A stretch of 7,238 nt of DNA, taken from the IMG/VR virus record IMGVR_UViG_3300035530_000070, positions 1 through 7,238 of that record. One strand, written 5' to 3'. Below the pieces are notes generated by a model. That model was not told where the DNA came from, searched no databases, and was given only the letters and a program-made list of their open reading frames with translations. The translations under genes were made by a program, and so were the position numbers. The stretch comes from a virus. This document shows, piece after piece, positions 1-5,113 of the stretch. The stretch's first letter is position 1, and the number at the start of each line of letters is the position of its first letter.

Positions 1-127
1 AAGAGGTGACGCTTTCAGCCAGTGAAGGAAGCCAAGCGTTTATAGGTTTATTGTTAGCAGACATTTTGAACACTCCAGAATAGTGTAAGATTAAATTAAC
101 AAATATATGATTAATTGGAACAACTCA
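1..127. repeat. Terminal redundancy copy A, identical to 7112-7238. Bases 1-64 duplicate the 5' part of the minus-strand 60-aa ORF.
   Basis: Base-by-base comparison of 1-127 with 7112-7238 shows no mismatch. The repeat is direct and ends exactly at both window edges. Confidence 0.97.
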
Positions 128-172
128 GATAATATTGGAATTATTCAAATTAAGCAAGCATAGGAGAACGCC
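65..172. promoter_or_regulatory. Divergent control (switch) region between the plus-strand HTH regulator (ATG at 173) and the minus-strand phage operon (ATG at 64, equivalent to 7175).
   Basis: This is a 108-bp AT-rich non-coding gap between divergent start codons. The direct repeat ATTGGAA occurs at 114-120 and 134-140 (20-bp spacing), flanking the candidate -10 boxes of both strands. GAAT-T-ATTC is a small palindrome at 138-146. AGGAG at 162-166 is the Shine-Dalgarno sequence for the regulator. Confidence 0.55.
129..157 (-). promoter_or_regulatory. Candidate sigma70-type promoter for the minus-strand operon.
   Basis: On the minus strand the sequence reads TTGCTT (157-152), a 17-nt spacer, then TATTAT (134-129). 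This would give a leader of roughly 55-60 nt before the ATG at 64/7175. It was found by pattern match only. Confidence 0.35.
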
Positions 173-535
173 ATGAAACTAGAAATGCTCATAGCAAGAG
201 CTAAATTTTACGAGAAAACACAAAAGGCAATAGCTAAAAAATTAGCTATATCTGAAACTAAATTTAGCGACTGGAAAAAAGGAAAGACAAAACCAACACC
301 GTTTGAAATATTCCAAATGGCAGAATTAGCAAGGCTTGAGCCAGAAAAGACATTCTATGATGTGATGACAGAAATTGATAAAGAAAACGAGAAATATTGG
401 TGCGCTCGACTGGAATCGAACCAGCGACCCTCGGCTTCGGAAGTCGTGAGCTTACAATTATTATTTACATTTATTTACAATGTAATCCAAAATTTGAAAA
501 TTAAAAGGGTATTATTTACTGAAGTAAACGTATAA
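173..535 (+). CDS. XRE/Cro-C1-type helix-turn-helix transcriptional regulator, the putative phage repressor. The C-terminal 45 codons run through the attP/tRNA fragment and the adjacent arm.
   Basis: AGGAG lies 6 nt upstream of the ATG. Residues ~15-55 (TQKAIAKKLAISETKFSDWKKGKTKPTPFEIFQMAEL) fit the HTH_3 pattern (helix, turn, recognition helix, W..G...P). The gene is divergent from the replication/structural operon, as rstR is in CTXphi-type phages. From codon 76 (TGG at 398-400) the ORF is tRNA-derived sequence read on the opposite strand. Confidence 0.75.
   Translation: MKLEMLIARAKFYEKTQKAIAKKLAISETKFSDWKKGKTKPTPFEIFQMAELARLEPEKTFYDVMTEIDKENEKYWCARLESNQRPSASEVVSLQLLFTFIYNVIQNLKIKRVLFTEVNV
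398..447 (-). other. 3' portion of a tRNA-Arg(CCG) gene (anticodon loop through CCA). It is the probable attP core for the phage integrase and is not an intact tRNA.
   Basis: The reverse complement reads ACGAC-TTCCGAA-GCCGA-GGGTC-GCTGG-TTCGATT-CCAGT-CGAGCGC-A-CCA. That gives an anticodon loop with U33 and CCG, a 5-nt variable loop, a T arm with the GGTTCGAnTCC box, a 7-nt acceptor 3' strand, discriminator A and CCA. The 5' anticodon-stem strand pairs at only 3 of 5 positions. No D arm and no GCGCTCG acceptor 5' strand follow. Confidence 0.8.
461..519 (+). repeat. Three copies of TTATTTAC beside the attP core: a tandem pair at 10-bp phase (461-468, 471-478) and a third copy at 512-519.
   Basis: The sequence reads ttatttacat ttatttacaa at 461-480 and attatttact at 511-520. 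The copies lie 14-70 bp from the tRNA-derived core on the integrase side. Confidence 0.5.
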
Positions 536-558
536 TCATACTCATACCAGGAAGAAAT

Positions 559-813
559 ATGAAATCAATAAAAGTAAATTATATTAATTCATGCGATGTT
601 AGAACGAGCACTACGCTATCAAGAAATATTTGCATTTTCTATTGTGAAAAAGTCTTAGGAATGAAAAGGCACCCACTTGATAGCGATAGATTTATAATTA
701 TGGAAATTAACAACTTTGCACTGATGGGAAGATACAAAGGAAAAGATGAAATAGAAAGAGCATTACTAGAAAAAATACATCAATCAAGCAAAGAAACAGA
801 TTCGACATACTGA
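559..813 (+). CDS. Hypothetical 84-aa protein. It converges on the integrase gene and overlaps its 3' end by 34 nt. A recombination directionality factor role is possible but unsupported.
   Basis: AGGAAG lies about 5 nt upstream of the ATG at 559. No motif was recognised. The ORF lies in the attP-int interval, which could equally be non-coding arm DNA. Confidence 0.3.
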   Translation: MKSIKVNYINSCDVRTSTTLSRNICIFYCEKVLGMKRHPLDSDRFIIMEINNFALMGRYKGKDEIERALLEKIHQSSKETDSTY

Positions 814-1607
814 GCATAATCCAAATGGACATAGCGCATCGTACTTTCAATATCGCCATGCCCTAACAAATCTTTAATGGTATAAATACCAACTCCTTTT
901 TGAATGAGCCATGACGCGTAAGTATGGCGTAAATCATACATAGTACAATTCACATTAGCCCTTTTTTTACACCTTGCAAATGATTTTGTAAATGTGGTGT
1001 ATGGCTTGCCTGTTTTTGGATTTATGAAAACGTGAGTGCCTAGCCGCTCCTTACTCTCCAATAGGGCAAAGGCTGTGTCATTGAGATATTTATATAAGGT
1101 CTTTTTGGTTTTACTGTAGTGATTTCTCACTATGAATTGTCTTTTATCAAGATGGACGTTAGACCATTCTAAGGTTAATAATTCAATGGGACGGCAGCCA
1201 GTCATTGTTAATAAGACAATGAAGTCATGCAATTCATGATGACCAGTAAGTAAGGTTGCAGACAAAAGCCGCTCATATTCTAAGCGGCTTAAATAGTTTG
1301 GGATATGGTCAGATTCTATGAACTTCACTTTCTCAAAAGGGTTATTCAGTGTTATTTCATAATCTGACATAACACAATTAATGGCAGCCCTGGCAAATGA
1401 TAATTCTCTATTGATGGTCGCATTGGATACAACAAGACGCCTAACTTTTGCATATTGTTTGACATGAATTTTGCGTAAGTCTTTGAGCAAGAAAGCATCA
1501 AAATAGCCTAAGCTATCCGCCCTATACTGATAACGATGTTTACCAGTCAATCCATAATCTTGATAATACGCAATAACTTCCGATAGTTTATAAAACATGA
1601 TTTTCAC
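780..1607 (-). CDS. int: Tyrosine recombinase / phage integrase. It is small (272-275 aa, Xer-like size). The start is GTG at 1607 or ATG at 1598.
   Basis: Catalytic signature read by eye: TGCRPIELLTLEW (Arg I), SKTKKT (beta-hairpin Lys), DLRHTYASWL (His-x-x-Arg), LLGHGDIESTMRYVHL (His and the nucleophilic Tyr). It lies next to the tRNA-derived attP candidate. Confidence 0.9.
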   Translation of the reverse strand: MKIMFYKLSEVIAYYQDYGLTGKHRYQYRADSLGYFDAFLLKDLRKIHVKQYAKVRRLVVSNATINRELSFARAAINCVMSDYEITLNNPFEKVKFIESDHIPNYLSRLEYERLLSATLLTGHHELHDFIVLLTMTGCRPIELLTLEWSNVHLDKRQFIVRNHYSKTKKTLYKYLNDTAFALLESKERLGTHVFINPKTGKPYTTFTKSFARCKKRANVNCTMYDLRHTYASWLIQKGVGIYTIKDLLGHGDIESTMRYVHLDYAQYVESVSLLD

Positions 1608-1637
1608 TCTATAAGGGCAAAATTACCCGAGTGAACT

Positions 1638-2681
1638 CTATTTGACTTTTGACAACATTCCAGCGTTCTCTAAGAGATAGGTACATTCAGCAGCAGAAAT
1701 ATTATGTAAACGATTGCCATTTTTATTGAAAGCAACGCAAGCGTTGCCTTTCATCATGGCATTGACAGGCGCAAGATTGGCATCTTGGTAATAACCTCCA
1801 GTAACAGGATTAAAGACTTGTTGATTGTCATTGGTATTATTACCACCTACAGTGACAGGCTTTATATTGTCGGCATTGGAGGATTGAGTGGGCGTTAATG
1901 GGTTAGGTGATTGCTCATTACCACCGACTACGACAGGCGTTACATTATCTGTTAATAACTTTTTGCTGTCTGATTTTCCTAGACTGGCATCAATCTTGGC
2001 TTGTTGTTCAGCAGCCGCTTTTTCAGGATTGATAAATTTATCCGTTTCTGATGACATGGCGAATTTCATTATTAAGCCAATAATTACAATCAGCGCACCG
2101 ACCATGATAAATAACTTTTTAGGTACTTTTAGCTTAACAGTATGCTCGACAGCAGAATTATAGAATTTATACAAGTCTTTGCGATAGTTAAAGATATATT
2201 GGTTTTCGGCGCGGTCTTTTGCAGTGCGACCGTCAGGTGTTTTTTCAACTTGTCGCCAAAAGTAACAGCTTGCTAAGTTTGCACCGTAAGGCCTTACAAG
2301 GTGAATATGCTCATTGGTCACATCAAGTACATCATTATGAAGCAATCTAGGCATCTGAGTAATAAACCATATATCACGGTTACCGTGTCTATGAATGGTC
2401 AAGTCTCTAACTATTTGTTCTTTAGATGCGCCACGATTGGCAGCGAATACATCACGCAACTGGGCTTCGTCATAAATAATGGTGCTACCTTCGGGCGTGT
2501 CTCTCCAATCGTCAGGACTAGGCAAAACGCCATCTATTTTTAAGCCATTAATATCAGCATAAAAATTGCGTTTTTTGTTAATGTCTTTTTCCTTCTCACT
2601 AGCTTCAATCGCTGCTACTAAATCAGAAACGGCTTTTAATGTTTTGCCAGTGCCTGGACGACCCGTGTAAAGACGAATCAT
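1638..2681 (-). CDS. Inovirus assembly ATPase of the pI/Zot family (347 aa).
   Basis: The N-terminal Walker A is GRPGTGKT and the Walker B is IIYDEAQ. The Zot-family block LTIHRHGNRDIWFITQ is present. A single transmembrane helix (LFIMVGALIVIIGLIMKFAM) is followed by a ~140-aa C-terminal domain. The ATG lies 1 nt after the stop of the upstream pVI-like ORF (TGAtATG). Confidence 0.92.
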   Translation of the reverse strand: MIRLYTGRPGTGKTLKAVSDLVAAIEASEKEKDINKKRNFYADINGLKIDGVLPSPDDWRDTPEGSTIIYDEAQLRDVFAANRGASKEQIVRDLTIHRHGNRDIWFITQMPRLLHNDVLDVTNEHIHLVRPYGANLASCYFWRQVEKTPDGRTAKDRAENQYIFNYRKDLYKFYNSAVEHTVKLKVPKKLFIMVGALIVIIGLIMKFAMSSETDKFINPEKAAAEQQAKIDASLGKSDSKKLLTDNVTPVVVGGNEQSPNPLTPTQSSNADNIKPVTVGGNNTNDNQQVFNPVTGGYYQDANLAPVNAMMKGNACVAFNKNGNRLHNISAAECTYLLENAGMLSKVK

Positions 2682-2682
2682 A

Positions 2683-2967
2683 TCAAGCCCCTTTTTTAAT
2701 TAAGGACAGTTTCATACTATTCATAGTGACCCGAGCAATCAACGCCCCAATGACAACAGATAACGCAATATCAAAGCCCGATAAATGGAGAAATGAAGCC
2801 ACGACAGCATCAAAACCTTGCATTTGTTGTAATGCCTGATTTATATATCTTTCAAGTACAGTTTTCATAACAACAGCAGACGCAAGACCAAGACCAGCAC
2901 CAAGCAAAGCCGTTTTAACTGAACCCTGCAAAAGAAATCCGCCAACCAAGTATAATAACTTACCCAT
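2683..2967 (-). CDS. pVI/Ace-position small membrane protein (94 aa), a putative minor coat protein.
   Basis: A strong AGGAG lies 8 nt upstream of the ATG. The protein has Gly/Ala-rich hydrophobic segments. It sits immediately upstream of the pI/Zot gene, as gVI does in Ff and ace in CTXphi. The assignment rests on position and composition only. Confidence 0.55.
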   Translation of the reverse strand: MGKLLYLVGGFLLQGSVKTALLGAGLGLASAVVMKTVLERYINQALQQMQGFDAVVASFLHLSGFDIALSVVIGALIARVTMNSMKLSLIKKGA

Positions 2968-2984
2968 TGTTATAACTCCTATTT

Positions 2985-3048
2985 AAAGTGCTTCATGCTG
3001 CGTGTACGTCCGTCCGTGGGGCGGGCGTCACGCATCACAAAGCACTTT
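2985..3048. other. A 64-nt imperfect hairpin with a GC-rich core in the pIII-like/pVI-like intergenic gap.
   Basis: Pairings: 2985-2993 AAAGTGCTT with 3040-3048 AAGCACTTT (9 bp); 2999-3004 TGCGTG with 3029-3034 CACGCA (6 bp); 3006-3014 ACGTCCGTC with 3020-3028 GGCGGGCGT (9 bp including 2 G-T). The loop is CGTGG. There is a 5x5 internal loop and one bulged T. The core is strikingly GC-rich in an AT-rich genome. Confidence 0.65.
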
Positions 3049-3056
3049 CTATATTA

Positions 3057-4229
3057 TTATTCTTTTGAAGTGCTTCGACCAACGCCCGAGATTATGTAAG
3101 CAGCGGACAAGTAACCAGCACCGACAATAAAAGGCTTTAAGGCTGACATAACGGTACAAATAGGCGCATAGTCAAAAGAAAACGGAACAGTGTTACCCAT
3201 GATTGACAATGAAGCGGTATAGTTTGGAGGGCATGAACCAGTAAACGTTATATAACTTTTATCGCTATCGAAATCATCAAGAGGACTATCAATAATAACT
3301 TCGGTATCAGTGGGAGTAGGTTCGGCAGGCGGTTCAGATTGAAAAAAGTCAGACAAACCAGTAATAGAAGATAGAATGCCCGCAAGCAAGGCTTTAAGCG
3401 CATTGATAGCGGAAATAATACCAGCAGGGTCAAAAGGTTCAGCAGGTGCGTCGGGGTCTTTGGGAGGATTTTCAGTATCAGGCGGATTTTCTGTGCCAGT
3501 TTCAGTAGCAGCAGCGTCTAGCGCAGCGTCATGTTCACCAGCAGCAAAACCCTCTAAAGCGGTAGCTTTTACAGCTTCTTGGCTTGGAGCATGACCAGCT
3601 TCAGCATTGGCAATGACTTTTGCAGCAACGGTGTCAATAGGTATGGTTTTCCAATTCTCAGAGGGAGCAGGAGGATTGGCAGGACTGGAAGTGGGAGCGT
3701 AATAACAAGCAATTTTAGTAGAAGTTTTATATTCAAAGCCCACATACTTATAAGATGGGCTAACATACTGGTTACAACCAACATTAGGACTAGCGTAATA
3801 CTGACTGCTCCATGACCACATTTTTCTATCTTCATTCCAAACTAACTCGTAATTTTCAAAAGCGCCAGCTGGAATAGTGTCAAGAGGAGTATCGGAAACG
3901 GTTTTATACTTAACAGCATTATTGGCAGGGTCAAGAACCCAATCAATACCAGCATCTAATAACTCAACCATTGCAAAAGCAAGAGCAGCAGCACCACCGC
4001 CTTTTATTAAATGCTTACCGACTTTAGCAGCAGACGGCGCAACAGTAATAGCAGAGTTTAAGACTTTACCGCCAGCCGTTTTGGTTGCGTTAATTGTGTT
4101 AGTAGCACCAGCAGTGATTGTATCAAGAGCAGTCCAACCGCCAACGGAGGTGTTAGCATATGCCATTGGAGGCGAAAGGATAAGCAGCGCAGATAATGCG
4201 AATATCAAAAAGCGTTTGAAATAGCTCAT
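3057..4229 (-). CDS. pIII-like adsorption / minor coat protein (390 aa from the ATG at 4229).
   Basis: The signal peptide is MSYFKRFLIFALSALLILSPPMAYA, followed by NTS. An N-terminal domain is followed by a Pro/Asp/Glu-rich linker (TGTENPPDTENPPKDPDAPAEPFDPAG). The C-terminal hydrophobic anchor ends in basic residues (GAGYLSAAYIISGVGRSTSKE). It is the largest structural ORF and lies between the major coat gene and the pVI-like gene. The track's TTG start at 4247 has no Shine-Dalgarno sequence. Confidence 0.7.
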   Translation of the reverse strand: MSYFKRFLIFALSALLILSPPMAYANTSVGGWTALDTITAGATNTINATKTAGGKVLNSAITVAPSAAKVGKHLIKGGGAAALAFAMVELLDAGIDWVLDPANNAVKYKTVSDTPLDTIPAGAFENYELVWNEDRKMWSWSSQYYASPNVGCNQYVSPSYKYVGFEYKTSTKIACYYAPTSSPANPPAPSENWKTIPIDTVAAKVIANAEAGHAPSQEAVKATALEGFAAGEHDAALDAAATETGTENPPDTENPPKDPDAPAEPFDPAGIISAINALKALLAGILSSITGLSDFFQSEPPAEPTPTDTEVIIDSPLDDFDSDKSYITFTGSCPPNYTASLSIMGNTVPFSFDYAPICTVMSALKPFIVGAGYLSAAYIISGVGRSTSKE

Positions 4230-4288
4230 TTTAGTATCAGCCAGCAAGCAGCAACAAAGACTAAAGCAGGAATAATATTAACTAACAT
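4226..4288 (-). CDS. Candidate 20-aa hydrophobic micro-ORF (MLVNIIPALVFVAACWLILK), translationally coupled to the pIII-like gene.
   Basis: My own translation of the minus strand. AAGGA lies upstream of the ATG at 4288. Its TGA stop overlaps the pIII-like ATG as ATGA (4229-4226), and that ATG otherwise lacks a Shine-Dalgarno sequence. It is below the ORF-track length cut-off. Confidence 0.3.
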   Translation of the reverse strand: MLVNIIPALVFVAACWLILK

Positions 4289-4317
4289 AATCTCAATTTC
4301 CTTAAATCATCTTAGTT

Positions 4318-4344
4318 AATAGAATGGGAGCGAGTAACCGCCCC
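4318..4344 (-). terminator. Possible weak intrinsic terminator or attenuator just downstream of the major coat gene.
   Basis: The minus strand reads GGGGCG-GTTACT-CGC(T)CCC followed by ATTCTATT. That is a 6-bp GC stem with one bulge and a U-rich but interrupted tail. The position matches the terminator after gVIII in Ff phages. Confidence 0.3.
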
Positions 4345-4370
4345 CACTAGTACAACTAACGAGAGGTTGC

Positions 4371-4610
4371 TTACACCACACCGCGAATAACTTTCCAACC
4401 ACGGATTGCAACACGTACACCAAGATATGCAGCACCAACAACACCAACAGGAACGATTAGACCAGTTAATGACGCAGCAACGTCAGATACATCAATAGCC
4501 AAAGGTTCAGCAAATGAAGCAGCAGAAGTAGCAACCAAAGCACCAGCAGCAGCAACTTTACCTAAAAAAGTCATGCCATTTTTTTCACGTACAACGATTT
4601 GATTTTCCAT
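4371..4610 (-). CDS. Major coat protein precursor (pVIII-like), 79 aa from the ATG at 4610.
   Basis: AAGGA lies 8 nt upstream of the ATG at 4610. The signal peptide ends ...ATSAASFA, before EP. The predicted 45-aa mature part, EPLAIDVSDVAASLTGLIVPVGVVGAAYLGVRVAIRGWKVIRGVV, has an acidic N-terminus, a hydrophobic core and a basic C-terminus. This is the classic inovirus coat architecture. Confidence 0.85.
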   Translation of the reverse strand: MENQIVVREKNGMTFLGKVAAAGALVATSAASFAEPLAIDVSDVAASLTGLIVPVGVVGAAYLGVRVAIRGWKVIRGVV

Positions 4611-4620
4611 TTGGAAATCC

Positions 4621-4806
4621 TTATTTTTTAATGAAGCCACCAATGGCTCGAAATCCCCACGCAGTAACCAAGACTAGCACCACCAATGAACCAAGATAAT
4701 TCCATTCAGCGATAGTGAAGTCGGGTAGCATAGGCGCAGGAGAATCTATAACTACCCATTCCATGCACGTTTGACTAGCTTCGTCTAAAGTTTGACAAGC
4801 GTACAT
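4621..4806 (-). CDS. 61-aa small membrane protein in the gVII/gIX position, a candidate minor coat or assembly-initiation protein.
   Basis: AAGGA lies 7 nt upstream of the ATG and overlaps the upstream TAA. The C-terminus has a transmembrane helix (LGSLVVLVLVTAWGFRAIGGF) and ends in IKK. It lies between the ssDNA-binding candidate and the major coat gene. Confidence 0.5.
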   Translation of the reverse strand: MYACQTLDEASQTCMEWVVIDSPAPMLPDFTIAEWNYLGSLVVLVLVTAWGFRAIGGFIKK

Positions 4807-4817
4807 AGCGGAATCCT

Positions 4818-5102
4818 TTATTTATTAACGATTGGCTGAACGTCAGTGACAATCATTTTTGTGTTTTTGCCTGATGTTACGATTTCCATTTCAATATTTG
4901 CTTGAATTGGAAATTTAAGCATTTTGATTTTTTCAAAATTGTCAGACAAACCCCAGTTATATTCAGCGCCAGCAAAGCCGACCATTTCACCTGAATCAGA
5001 GTTCATTTTGGTCTGCACGTAAATTTTAGTGCTGTCATAGGGACGACCTTCCATTTCACCCTTTGAACGTTTTGCACCAGTGATAACGACTTGTTGTAAC
5101 AT
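4818..5102 (-). CDS. Candidate ssDNA-binding protein (gV/RstB position), 94 aa.
   Basis: AGGAG lies 8 nt upstream of the ATG and overlaps the rep TAG stop. The ORF is of the right size and sits immediately after the replication initiator, as in Ff and CTXphi-like phages. The sequence looks beta-rich. No motif was recognised, so the call is positional. Confidence 0.5.
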   Translation of the reverse strand: MLQQVVITGAKRSKGEMEGRPYDSTKIYVQTKMNSDSGEMVGFAGAEYNWGLSDNFEKIKMLKFPIQANIEMEIVTSGKNTKMIVTDVQPIVNK

Positions 5103-5113
5103 GGTTTATACTC

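Noticed and set aside
108-115. TGATTAAT is shared between the switch region (108-115) and the right arm of the 6628-6687 inverted repeat (6671-6678), which could suggest a common operator.
   Set aside because: An 8-mer made only of A, T and one G is expected to recur by chance about once in both strands of an AT-rich 7-kb genome. That is not enough to claim a shared binding site.
1-127. The terminal repeats as LTRs or the ends of a transposon or insertion sequence.
   Set aside because: The repeats are direct, not inverted. They coincide exactly with the window edges, split an ORF and its promoter, and no transposase is present. Circular-assembly overlap is the simpler explanation.
398-475. 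An intact tRNA-Arg gene on the minus strand.
   Set aside because: Only the anticodon loop through CCA is tRNA-like. The 5' anticodon-stem strand pairs at 3 of 5 positions, there is no D arm with GG, and the acceptor 5' strand GCGCTCG is absent. It is a fragment (attP), not a functional tRNA.
1638-2681. Calling the Zot-family protein an enterotoxin or virulence factor.
   Set aside because: The family's conserved role is phage assembly ATPase. Toxin activity is specific to the Vibrio cholerae protein's C-terminal fragment, and nothing in this C-terminal domain can be tied to that by eye.
1888-2839. Plus-strand ORFs 1888-2163, 2301-2543 and 2639-2839.
   Set aside because: They lie entirely antisense within the well-supported pI/Zot and pVI-like genes. 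They have no Shine-Dalgarno sequence or motif and give low-complexity translations, so they are treated as shadow ORFs.
3248-4224. ORFs 3248-3433(-), 3569-3835(-), 3376-3594(+), 3579-3815(+) and 3877-4224(+).
   Set aside because: All are nested in alternative frames or on the opposite strand of the pIII-like gene. Their Leu/Ala/Ser-rich compositions are typical of off-frame readings of a coding region.
4230-4643. The longer track starts for the pIII-like ORF (TTG at 4247) and the coat ORF (start at 4643).
   Set aside because: Neither has a Shine-Dalgarno sequence. The 4643 start overlaps the upstream gene. The downstream ATGs give proper signal peptides, with either a Shine-Dalgarno sequence (4610) or ATGA coupling (4229).
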